Below are positions 1 to 12,800 of a stretch of 64,000 nt of DNA, piece by piece. Position numbers and translations under genes: made by a program. Position 1 is the stretch's first letter. Each line of letters starts with the position of its first letter. Below the pieces are notes generated by a model, which was not told the DNA's origin, did no database searches, and saw only the letters and a list, made by a program, of their open reading frames with translations. The DNA lies in contig CATNEN010000002.1 in assembly GCA_950097015.1 (NCBI GenBank), forward strand, positions 9,176,001 through 9,240,000. The letters are read 5' to 3'. Source of the stretch: Macrostomum hystrix. Its lineage: Eukaryota > Animalia > Platyhelminthes.

Positions 1-292
1 AATGAAAAAAAGTGGAAAAAACCTTGCATAACCACATCATGGCTATAAAGTTACATAGATAAAGGACATATGTACTCCACAATCTACATTAAGTAAAGCT
101 CGAAATATTGCAAGTCAAACAAGTGAGCCATGTGTGCTAATCTGAGGACAGAAGCCTAGAAAATGTGCCTCTCCCATGCTATAGTTATTGTGAAAACTGC
201 ACACAGTCAAAGCAATCTGCCAACCTGTCCAAGTCAAGTTTTTACACAGAGTAAAATTATTTTGAAATTATTAAGCCACTAAAATTATTTAC

Positions 293-2683
293 CCAGTTTG
301 GCATAGATTTGGACATTAGAAATCTCTTCCCCATCGAGTGCATCAGTACCAATAGCAGCAGCTTCAGCAGCAGAATGACCAGGTGTGGCAGTCATGAACC
401 TATTCATCACTGCAAACTCTTGCTCAATCCGAATTCCAGCACGGTCACCAGCTACATGGTTCTCAATACCAGTGAGGGCACCAGAACTTCTAGGACAAGC
501 AGTAGCATCACCATGACAATTGGTGGCCTCATGGCGTGGGCGCTTTTGCAATGAAGCTCTGGCATCATTGGCATCAGCATGCTCAGAGTCATCAGAGGAA
601 TCACTGGAAGATATTGGTGAATGCTGGCCTAAAATAGTAAGTATATGAATTGCCTGTCAACTATTGTAATAAGATGATACACAGTGTTCCAAAATGTATT
701 TATATAGCAGCACTGACATACCCCTGACAAACTCTTGCAGAATGGCATCTGTTAAATTGCCTGCAGTTTTATGCTCAGAAATAAATGCTGCCATCTTCTT
801 CTCCAGCATGTTGACAGATGCTTGTGTGCCAGCATGAAGCAGGCAACCTTGCCAGATTCCTTCTTGACCAAAATCTAGTGGGTAGAAGCCACCCTAAACA
901 GGAATGTAAAGAAAAAAATTAAATAAGAGATGAATGCAATCTACAAGTCAAAGAAAAGAATTCATAGCTTTTCTGAACAAGTCAAACAAATATGATTAGG
1001 GGTTTAATAGACAATAAACATTCTAAAAGAAGAACATAGAAAAAGGAAAGATACATATGTTTATCTTAGTGTTTTGCTGCTACAAATCCTTTGGACCATA
1101 ACCATAACGATAATAGTATCCATAATCAACTTTGCTATAATGAGTTTCCATAACTGTAATTGACATAAAATACAATTTTCTGCAACTTCGCATAGCCAAA
1201 ACCATAACCATATTTTGCTTCCTTTAGCTATATATTATTTCAACAAGGAAAAGATAAACTAAGAGATGAAAAGATAAACTAAGAGATGAAAATCCTACAC
1301 TTCTTAGATTCTATAAGACAATGGATATACTCTTCTAAATTAGTCATATTACACTTAAGAGTACAATTACAACATAGAAGAATATAACCATTTTAATCTA
1401 TTTAAACTTATATTTAACTAACTTAAAGACCTTAACTAACTATATTTAACTATGATTTGAAAATCATGTCATAACCATAACCACAATCAATTTATTTTTC
1501 AATAATGATGTTCCTATAACCATCATTACTCTTTTTACTTTTTAGGATGTTCTTATTATAATCTATAACAGTAGCCATAACTATACTATAGCAAAATACT
1601 AGTTTATCTATAAGAGACACTATCTATCAAAACCTATATGCACTGCAATAGGGTTAGTTGGTATCACTTTAAAAGGCAGTCTTTTTCATTTGAATATATA
1701 AATACTCTTAGTTCTAACTCTTTTTGGTTTATCATATTTATGCTTACTCAAGTATTTATTATCACTTTCTTATTTCTAAAGTAAAAGCTCACTTACAAGA
1801 CCTTACCATAATTAATATAAAATAATTTTAATGTTCTTTTTTTATATAAAGTCTAAATGCAAAGGTTATTTTTGGTTTGTAAAAATAGTTACAAGTTGCA
1901 TATATTCTATAGGGACCCTAGATATTGACCCTATATTTCTATAGGATATAATGGTAAAGACAATTTTTCTAGGGAATTAGCATTTAGGGTATCATATCTT
2001 GTATACCTAAATCTTAACCTATAATAAAGCTATGCTCTTGCCTTCCTAACTCTAATAACAATTATTATTATTATCTATGACAAAAGTACAAGTATAATTA
2101 ATATATCCCCAATTTGAATACCTAAACTTTACATTTGCCCTAAACTACCTAATAACCTAACTATCTTCCATATTATATACCTAAACCAAAATCCTTGTCT
2201 TATATATGTAATAGCCTAACTTGCCGAACTTAACAGTAATCCTAAATTAAATAGTTTAAATTTTATAATATTTTTTTTAGTCATAACATAAGCAATAATT
2301 ACTAAAAATCCAAGTCAACAAAAACAATATCATATAGGGAAATACAACATATGACATACATATAAAGATTCATGGCCCCCACTAATACATGATCTTTGAA
2401 AGATGCCCCAATTTAAAAATTATAGGCCTTACATAGGCCTAGTAAAGTATGGCCAAGGTGCACAATTGACTTACCACTTTCCAGTTCCTATTGTCTGGAA
2501 AAGAAGAATTAAACTCTTTCATTATTGGGCTTGACCTACTGGCAGTCACATATTGCCCACTTTCCTTAACATAAAAAAAAACTTAATTGAAAGAGATTTT
2601 GGGTCCTGTTGTGCCAACCGATCCACAGCTTTCGACCTTCTTTTGGAGCGACGCGAAATAGAACCAGTTGCATTATTCGACAT
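293..2683 (-). CDS. Uncharacterised spliced protein-coding gene (partial; exons 2683-2475, 893-722, 628-293; continuation not resolved)
   Basis: Three GT-AG-bounded exons with matching phases join to ...PDNRNWKV|GGFYPLDFGQEGIWQGCLLHAG...EFVRG|QHSPISSSDSSDD...YAKLG. Exon 1 needs a one-base correction in the A9 run at ~2573-2581. No family recognised. Confidence 0.55.
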
Positions 2684-2750
2684 GTCTATATATAAATTAC
2701 AAGTAAAGAGCAGGCCGTATAATATATAATAGAATAATAGAACTAGCAAA

Positions 2751-2830
2751 ATGATATGAACTGATATGAATGATATGAACTGATATGAATGATATGAAAT
2801 GATATAAACTAGCAAACTATGATATGAATA
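2751..2830. repeat. Short tandem repeat TGATATGAA(C), 9-10-bp unit
   Basis: Directly visible repeated atgatatgaa/ctgatatgaa units. Confidence 0.7.
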
Positions 2831-3609
2831 AATATGTCCAGCGCAAGAGTAAGAATATTTCAATATGTGCCAAAAATGGTTACTTTAACAAAATATTTGT
2901 GTACATAGAAGATATGACTCAAAAATTCCAGAACTAATTTGTGTCTGTCTCTTGTTTTAGTATACTGTCGGATAGCTTAGCAAAAGTACTATTTGCGCGC
3001 CACTCTATAACAGCTAGTTATTGTCATTTCAATACTCGCTATTTGCTATCTGCATGGCTATAGTTCACGTGCACCCATGTCACCCCACTGTGCTTACTTT
3101 CTCTCACTGATGCAAGGCGCTGTAGCACCCACCCCTAATCTCCTAACAATGCTGAGTCAGCCATTGAGTCGTACTAGTACAATAAATATGACTGCGCGGA
3201 CGCTAATGAATGCGTGCTTGTTTTCTACTCCAACTTACTCGTCTCAGAACTCATAATTTCACATATACCTATAATTTTGTGTATCGATATAGTGACTTTT
3301 TTTCTGCTCGTGTGTGATGCGTAATAGAGCGCAATGCATAAAAGTCATACTTTTCATACATTGTAGAATTCTCATATAAGTCAGATAAGTCAGATAATAA
3401 TCGAACATATCTTCGGTCAATTTACCAAAAATATATTTCTTTCTATATAAAATTGTAGTGCGAATTACATATATTGCAGTTTAAAGGCAAACACATATGC
3501 ATGCCCACGACACCCGTCACACCTAAAATGCATCCCTATAGTTGACAATCTTACATTCAGCCTTGTAAGATCTGACTTATCCTATAAAATCTTGTCCGAA
3601 CTGCTAAGA

Positions 3610-4115
3610 TCTATTAGGAATATGTAGGAAAATAAATTCTTGATTTATAAATAATGCATTGTTTTGAATAGTGAAACTTTGCGCGCTTCCAATGCAAAAT
3701 AATGCATTCTTAATGCAATTATAATGCATTGTTTTAAACTGCAATTTTAGGATAAAATAATGCATTCTTAATATATTTGCAATGCATTGTTTTGCAGTAC
3801 ATTTCACAAGGCAAAATAATGCATTCTTGATACATTTATAATGCATTGTTCTGCAGTGCATTTCAGAAGGCAAAATAATGCATTCTTGATACATTTATAA
3901 TGCATTGTTTTGAAGTGCATTTTCAGGATAAAATAATGCATTCTCAATATATTGACAATGCATTACTTAAAAGTGCAGTTTTAAGGCGAAATAATGCATC
4001 TTCAATACATTTATAATACATTGGTTTGCATTATTTTGCCAATGCACAAAAATGCATTTGTAATGCATTTCCAATGCAATATAATGCATCTTGCATTGTA
4101 AATGCATTATTTGAA
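3610..4115. repeat. Degenerate AT-rich tandem repeat (~58-bp period, AAATAATGCATT core)
   Basis: Recurrent aaataatgcattct...tataatgcattgtttt units; could be a DNA-transposon subterminal region. Confidence 0.7.
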
Positions 4116-5053
4116 ATTATTGGCGCCTAGGGTCGTCCAATAAAATAGATGGGGAGAAAAATATATAGAAAAGTACCACACTTGCCTTTTGGATGGCTTT
4201 TGTCTCAAATTGGAATTAAATATGCACTAACGCGCCATGATTTAGCATAACCCAGTGTGTTCTCTAAGCGTGCTCAACACGTACCTTCTTTTCGAACTTT
4301 ACCGACATTGTTAATTTTAATAACCTGGCGTGCCTGCGATAGCTGCTCCTCTCTGACTCTCCTATCCATTCTCTGCACCTATCTAAAATTATTTTGCTTG
4401 CAGATGACCAAGGCTAGATGTTATAGATGTTTAGAATGAAGTCTCCATTTACTGCAGCAGCAAAATACGTCAGATGCTCTTTGACGTCTCATCGGTCACG
4501 ATACTGACATCGTTCATCGCCTGACAACCTTCGGCACCTTCGTCGCAGGTTGCCCGACTTCTGGTTGACCTCCGAGCAGTTCCCGACGACTCCAGCTAGA
4601 CCCCGTCGGGGCTGGCCGCCGGAGCTGGACTGTCAGGTGCCGGGTGGAAGGTCCTCTGGCCATGGAAACGAACACCGGAATCCTGGTCGGTCTGTTGAAC
4701 CCGGTGGACCATTGCGCTAGCCGAGCCAGAATTTCCCTTTTTGGAGAAGTTTGCTAGCGTAGGCTGGATAATGACGTCCGACTGTGCCATGTTCAAGGCG
4801 GGTAGTTTGCTTTGTTCAGTGGCTGGGAAATTCATGTCCGCTCAGCCAAAGCAGCAATCACTGCAATAACTGCAGCAGCAACTTACAAAACTTTTTTTAA
4901 ATGCTTAGATCAAAGGCTCACATTAACATTAACTGCTCATTAACCTTTGTCAGTGTTTTTGATCTGTGTCGAGGCAGAAAATAAGAGAGCCAAAAATTCT
5001 ACGGAGGCAACGGCCATTTCCACCAGCATCAAATCCTATCATCAAATCCTGTC

Positions 5054-8000
5054 ATGCAACATCAAGACTAGAGTCAGTGTTGCAGGCAGTCTCTACGAGC
5101 ACAACTTCGGCTTGCTCGTCACATCCATCAGGGATACAGCGCCAACTTACAACGTCAGGGCGAACTCATTGAAGAGTACGACACAGAGGAGCTCAACCTG
5201 GTGATGCGACTCAGAGGCGGGGACGCCTGCGCTACCGAATCGAAGCCACTAAATCGACCGAGCACAGAAGGGTCAAGAAACCCGGCCCAGAGCTCCTTGC
5301 TCCTTGAACTAAATTGCAACGGCCGAGAGGCTCAGATTGACCCAGCCCTGCCCTGTCCTTCTAGAAGAGACCAGGCTGCGTCCAGCACAAGCCTCAAGGC
5401 TATAGCGTGGCGGCCCGTAAGGACGGCTCGCTGAAGACTAAACTACACGAAGCGGCAGCGGCCAACCAACTGGCGACCGCCGAATCAGTAACGCAAGCAC
5501 GCAAACACACCGGATCGTTTCACCTGCCGACGCACCACCGCAAGACCCCGTTGCCGGCTACGCAGGCCAGACGACAGAACGAACTGGTGCAGCGGCTGCT
5601 GCGGCGGGCGCCAGGCCTGCCGCAACCGGGATCTACCATGGCCAGACGCTGCCGACAGCATTAAACGGCCGCCGGACGCCAAGGAAAACCCAAACACGGC
5701 AGTAAAACCGCCCGGGGACCACAGAACGCCGACCGCCGAGGATATGCAACAGCGGTACTGTAGCGTCGGCACTACCACCGGCCAAAGACCCGATCCCGGC
5801 TGTCGACCTACAGGACAGCAGTCACCCGCCTAACAGCGTCAGGACCACCAGCACCCTAACATCACCGGAGACTCAACGAACGACTCTAGTAGGCACCAGC
5901 GGAGGACAAAGCAGGAAGAAGACCAAAAAAGCCACAGCACGCCCGGGCCGCGGCGGAGCACTTATCCTGGCGCGCAACAACATTGACGGATAACTGGACT
6001 GGGCAGCAGTTACGATCAGTCCTAAATGCAAAGAAGAGATAATGCTAACCTCCGTGTACGCACCGCCAATCAGCGACCAAGCACAGGAGGAACACTGGGA
6101 GCCCGACTGGTAACAAGTACCAGTCACGACGTGATGTGTCATAGACGGCCACGGCAGCTGGGACAAGCACCAGCCTGACGACGAGAGAGGCGACAGCGAC
6201 AGTAACTCTCAGTTAACCCACACGAGGACTAACCCCGTCACAGGTGGCAAATCTAGCCACCGGAACTTACATTGGTACTCCACAATCATGACCGCTATCT
6301 GCCGCCCAAACTGGCGCACTCTGGAGTGCATCGGCAGTGACCATCTGCCCATACTCTTCGGGCTGACGAATACATCAGCGAGCACCCGTAAACGCCAGAC
6401 CAAGGACCAGACCAAGACCAAGGAGTAGGTCATTAAGGACGGGAAACTAGTTTCTTAGAAAAAAATTCAAGGCCTGTTTTCGCGAAAAAAAATACACTAC
6501 TGCAGTGGCGGTCACGCCACACGCGCGTGCGCGCTCCGGCCAGGAAGGCCGGCGCTATGTGCTTAAACGCTGTGCGTTGACTGGCTGCCCTGTGTACACC
6601 GCTGGCTATATAACTTAAGACCTTTACTTGGTGCGCCTTCCCCCGTCTTCTGCCAAATAAAATTTACGTAGCTCAACTCGCCACACTACTGATATAGTAA
6701 ATCTTCACATTTTCATATTTAAATGGTGACAGCTTTTGATTAGAAGCAGATACAAAGCAGTTCTTTTGATATAACTTGCCTAACATATTGCTCTACCGTA
6801 TGTTAAGATTTTCTTTACTAAAATATCCACTTTGCTGTCAATGTTTTTGCAGTTATCTGCTTATATAGCTGCGTCATCAGATGGATAATTAACAGCTTTC
6901 TGGTGGACAGAGGAGCGAAGGTTAGGGTCGGCACTGGACGCCATCACGGAGTGGTGCAAAAAATGGAAAGTTGAGCTCAGTTCCGAAAAGTGCAGCTACA
7001 GCACATTCACGCTGTCCCCAGCTGAGAACAGAGGCAAGTCCCGTCTGGATCTGACCATTGATGGGGCCCCGCTCAGGTTCAAGCGAATCCCACCTTTCTC
7101 GGCATCAAGCTCGACGACCACTTTGGGTTCGGTGAGCACGTCCAATTCATAAGACGCAGGATGGCAGCCAGACGAACAACCCAACAGATGATGGGTTCAT
7201 CTGTTGCAGGCGCCAGGCGCGCCTGCAACAAACAAACAGGCGCCGATCAAAGCCTACGCGCAGCCTTCATCGCGACGTGCCGCTCGGTTGCGGACTATGG
7301 CAGTGCCATCTGGCAGCCCCAACAAACCGAATGCTTGTTGAACGCCAACAGAATGCATGCGCGTGCCTTATCACGGGCTGCGTACAACCGACACGCATGG
7401 ACAAGCTACTAGTCGTCGCCATCCTCCCACCACTCCACCACATCGCCGCGGAGAGAGCTTGTAACCTCAGGGAGAGGATGGCCAGACTACCGGCCAACAC
7501 CCCGGCGTACCAAGTGGCAGTTGCGACTCAACGACCCAGACTCAAGAACAGTGCGTACGAAGCCGCACAACAAAAACTGGCCGATGGCGGACCACGATAG
7601 AGTCGCATCCCGGATGCCCTCCCCGACGCGAACCGCCCGTCCCGTGCCTGTTGGCACCGGATTGCCTGTAACACACTAAAAGTGGGGAACGAACCTCGCG
7701 CTGGCAGACCGAGACCGGTTTCTGGCTTTTTTGCCTTCGTCAGTCAGCCATAGCCACACGCCGTCCTCTCCCACCACTCTTAATGTGCACAGAAGTCTCT
7801 TTTAAGCTAGCCATTTTCTATGGCGATACTTATTTTGGTGTTATGTGAGAGTTTTGCAGCCAAGTCTTTGCTTTTCTACTGTTGTCAGTAGTCTGAATTG
7901 TATCTCTCACATTGCCCAAGAACTGGGCTGCAGGACCAGTTTCGATGCGTACTTAAGAGCCCCTGCGGCCATCGGCCTCGCTACGTAGGCGATCAGTGCC

Positions 8001-8624
8001 AGCACGGAGATCCGCTTCGACATTTCGGCCTCAAAAGAAATGTCACGCCTCATGGCAGCGGACATTCAAGCCGCCCTGACAGAACAGATGTTCTCTTGGC
8101 CCACCGCTTACGTTTTCTGGACCGACGGTTCAGTCAAAAACAGCTTCAGTAGCGGCGGAGGAGCGGCAGTCGCACAATGGCTCGCCCCAGAGTCGGCCAC
8201 AGCAGGGGGCACTATGCAGCAGCTTTACGACAGAGGTCACGGAGATCCGGAAGGGCCTCTGCCTCTGCACATCGATGGCAGACAGGCCTCAGTAAGTGAC
8301 CATTACCACTGACAGGCTGAGCGCAATCATGGCCCTGAGCGCCGGGCCGCTCAACCAAACGGACTCAGTGGCAGACGATTGCTGGCATCTTATCCTGGAG
8401 CTGACGGAACTAGGAACAAGAGTTGCAATTGGCCTCTCTGCTGGGTCCCTGCACACTGCGGCATCATGGGTAACGAGCTGGCAGACCGGGCGGCAGCACG
8501 GGCCATGGATCTCGACCAAAGCCAAACTCCGATTCAGTTGGAAACCGCCAAAGCTGCAGTCCGCCGCTGTCGGCGCGCGCTGGACACCGCAGCCATTGGT
8601 GTCCCATCACTGGCGTCAGCATGA
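5054..8624 (+). mobile_element. Decayed, internally deleted I-group (Ingi/Nimb-like) non-LTR retrotransposon: APE endonuclease, RT fragments, RNase H
   Basis: APE motifs LLELNCNG (5300-5323), LLEET (~5358), GRGGALILAR (~5946), SVYAPP (6051) and GSDHLPI (6333). RT-region SFLVDRGAKVRVG joined to ALDAITEWCKKWKV...EKCS and FLGIKLDDHFGF (6890-7140). RNase H WTDGS (8118) and WVPAHCGIMGNELAD (8442). Many stops and frameshifts. Confidence 0.8.
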
Positions 8625-9864
8625 TCGATCACAGCACCCGCCACAGGCTCGTATCGACCCTATAATTCAGACTTTTTAACTTATGTGTACTAATTTTACG
8701 TTTAAAGTCAATAGAAAAAAATTATGCTCGTACTGATAGTGGGCTTTGAAATCTGATTGGGGAACAATATAATCTAAAATCATGATCACAAAATACTAAG
8801 CTATAGTGCGCCGCTGCAGAGCCAAATAATGAGGCAATGAGTACTTATAGTGGATTCTTCCGCAACATGGAGCTAGCCGAAGTACATCGACAGGGGACAG
8901 ACTAGATAAAATGAGCATTTCAAACCTCAATTGAAAAAGTACTGTAAATTATTACTGTAATATCTCTAATTTAATGCTAAATTAATATTTACAATGTAAT
9001 TATATTGTACTATTCAAGATAAGCATATCGCACACGAGACTGGATGTTAACCTATCCTTAGCCTGTAATAGCATCGCCGGGGCCCTGTGACTAGGAGTAA
9101 ATACTAAATCTTAATTAGAGAAGTACATCGGCTATCACTATCATTCTGGACACTCTCGACCTTGGGTTCGGCACTCTATCTGCTGCATCCCTATGAATCC
9201 CATATGCATATCCCATATGAAGTCCTCTCTCTTACTGAACCGTACTTTTCCCTTAGGTTAGCTCGTATAGAGTCCCTATTTTCAGCCATGGACCTTGAGG
9301 ATGAGCCTAAAGTATATCCTCCTTCAGGGACTACTTAAACTAATTAAACTACTTAAAGGTAGTTCAAGTAGCCCCTGTCCTCATTATCTCGCATCTAGGG
9401 ATGATATAGCTGCCCTACGCCTGTTCGCTAGTACACCAATGAACGACGAAAATATCAGCAGCTAAAAAACGTCATAGCAGCTACAATGCAGAAGTAGAAG
9501 CAAGAGAAGGTGTCTTGAGGTTTTGCAAGTATCGAACCTTTATGCAAGAGAGGTTGTTAAGGCCTAAAGCTTTTTTAATTTTTCACCTACTCACTGGCAA
9601 GAACTGTAAAACTTTTAAACAGTCTTCCGTATTCATCCCATCCTATGAAAGAAATAAGCGATATGAAAAAAACTACAATTTGTTAAACCTTAGTCTGCGA
9701 AAGAAAAGCAGATTTTAAATGAAAGCACAGGCGTTTTTTAATAAGTTAACGTTTTTTACTCTTAAACATAACGCATGTTGTAGGCCCTAATATTATTCAG
9801 CACAATAACTAGCTAAGTATAGTCAATATCGTGTCTGATTTGCGAGTAAAAATTCGTATTAATA

Positions 9865-12800
9865 ATGGCTAACTTCGCAACCGGTTTGTGCATCTTGCTG
9901 TGTTGTTTGCAAGGTAAGAAAAATAATCCTAATTGTTTGTACTTTTTAAGCTCTTTGGTAATTAATAGCCTGAATGCCTATTTGATCTTGTTTGCTGAAT
10001 TGTTTAACTAAATATAAAGCTTCAGAAAAGCAGCACACTATGATTCTATTAAAATTTCTATCAACCGTTATTCTGTTATAAATGTACATATAGTAGGCCC
10101 TAGTTATTCATAGCATATATGTATCATGTCCTATATAATTAACATTGTATAAATAGCTGATTTGCTAGTTTTATCCTCACTGTATGAATAACTGATTTGG
10201 TTTTTGTACAGTCACAATATGAATAGCAACTGCCTAGCTGTAAATGATGTTGGGCCTAAAAGACTAGCTGATATAGATTCCTTTACATACATGCGCAACA
10301 CCCGGCCGAACCGGCCAGGTGAAACAAGGGCCAAGCAAGGTAAGTCGCATAAACCAATCGACCAAGTGCAAAAAAATCAAAGGGGGGACCAAGGGACAAA
10401 AAATGAAGGCGTGAAGAAAATGAAAAATGGGAGAGAAAAAAAGAGAAAAAGAGAGCAAACTAAGTCGTAAATAGAGCAATGAAACAAACTAAGTCACAAA
10501 TGAGAGCAAAAACTAAGTCGCATGGCCGGCTAAGATTTGGGAGGTTGCGCATGTATGTTCTTTTATCAGAAATCAATCTATTAGTATTTCTTTCCATAGT
10601 GGTTGCTATGGCTTACACTAGAATATCAAAAGGAAAATGTCCAGGAAATTTTTGTCACTAATGCCAGTCATATGTAAACATAATTGCTACCCTTGGTTTA
10701 CACCAAAAATGTATATTTAAATTCATGGATTTCACTGTAACTTTAGATATGGCCCATTGTTAAGATCCCTAATGGAGCATATTTAAAAAAGCTGCAGACA
10801 TTCCTGCTAGGCACACAGGTATACAGTTGGTTTCAATAAAAAGATTGCAAATACGCAATTGCTATATAGGCCTATCTTCAGTCTGACTCAATGTAGTGAT
10901 TGATTTTGTGAAAAAAATGTTGAAAGACCTTTTTTTGATCTCCATAGTGTATTTCTAAAAATAGAACAGCTACGTTTGATTTTGCAAAATACTGAAGCAT
11001 GTACCAAATGACCTGTTTTTTATCTCTGCAGTGTATTTATATAATTACAACAGCCAAGGTTGTCTTTTTGCACTCGGGCACTGTGGAGCATGTAGTTGTG
11101 TTTGTGAATAAATGTGCGCCCCTCTATCAAAAAATTTCTGTAACTGTGCCATAATGTACATATATTTAAATGCACAAGATGCAAGTACAGAGGCACTGGC
11201 ATTCAATACTAGCATCGCATCTATATGTACTTGTATATGTAGATGTATTACAAAATTTAAATTTATAAAGAACACAAGACGTTAGTGTAGGGGCACAAGG
11301 TCACATTATTTGTTATACATCTACAGATTTCGACAACTTTACGTACACAAGGCGCGGCCGTGTGGACAGTAATTTCTTTCTGCACAGCCGTGTAGGCAAT
11401 TTTTCACAAGCGCGCCAGAGGCTGTCTGCAAAAACCCCTATTGGCTCAAATAGGGGTCAAGATCATGTATTTCAGAAATTTCTAGTGTAAAATTTGGACA
11501 CTAAAATGTCATTGGTGTAGTCTAGTTTACAAGTTGGTTTAAATTTACAAGCACAAAACTGGCATATATTCTGGCATAAATTTATAATTAGCAAAGTTTG
11601 GATAGAGTAAGAAACAAATCATTAATTAGCAAATTTTTAGTTAGAACTGATACAATGTTGTGGAGTAAAGTTAATTCACAAACTCTACATAACTTTCTGT
11701 TGTCTTTACAATTTTTTAAAACACATCTTATTTATCGTTTTTGTTTTTGGTCATTGTTATTTTCTTCAGATTGATTTATTTACACATTGAAAGCAAGGCT
11801 GTAATTTAATTTTTTGTTATTGAAAATATAAATGTCTATTTTAAAAGCTATTTAAAACTGACCACTTTGAACACTTTTTATATTCTAGGAATCCTCTTCT
11901 AATCAGCATAGTTGGGTTTAATTGGGGGCCATTTTGCCACTTGGTTTAACTTGGCATAAAATAAAATCATATCAAATTTCTTCTGGTATATGACCAGCAT
12001 AATCTGGACTAAGGGATACAGCAAAGGTGCAAATCAGCTTTTCATTGAAAGTCTTGTCATGGATTAAAAACAATTATGTAAAACTAAATAAGCTTCAATA
12101 TTTATATATAGACAAATATCTTTATTCAAATTTAAAACATTCATTTAAGTGTATACTAAATATTCCAACATATTTCACATCACAAACAAATTATATGATC
12201 CCTAATAGCTGGCCCAATCATAAAAGTGTTAAAAATGTACATTATATGGCTTAGTATCAAAATTCCATTAAGCAGAATTTTCTCCAGAGCAAATTCAAAG
12301 AACCATGTTTTATTTATGTAGGAAATTTCTGATATACCATCTAGCTATTTTATTTTTTATGAATTCTGTAATATTAATGTTTAGTTTTACTTTACTTTGC
12401 TTTATGACTGTCCTCTAGTAGGGAATGTTAAAAAGCAAGTGTCCAAAGTCTGTTCTCCATTATGGTCAGGGGTTGGATAGTAAAGTGCAAATTCGAGTAG
12501 TTTTTAAACCATAGCAACAAAATAATATTTATCATTTTCTGGCTTATTTTAATGTCAAGTCTTTGTTACTGTTGTAGATCTAGAGGGTAGGGCAGACTGA
12601 TTGCAAAGAGCCTATTTTAAGTTTAGGCCCTAAAACGAGATGCTCAAATAGGCCCTGAAAATTTGTACACTAAAATTTATAAAATGTTAAATAATTTGGC
12701 TAAACATGACATTGTGAGTTGATACAGGCTCTGAATACTATAAAGTACTATTAGAAGCTTTTGCAGTTCACAATGATTAAAAGTATTTTTTACATGTACT

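Noticed and set aside
5270-5290. Possible 2A (DxExNPGP) peptide before the LINE endonuclease
   Set aside because: In the frame continuous with the APE start it reads EGSRNPAQ. Restoring NPGP needs an indel that would break that frame, and the D-x-E residues are absent.
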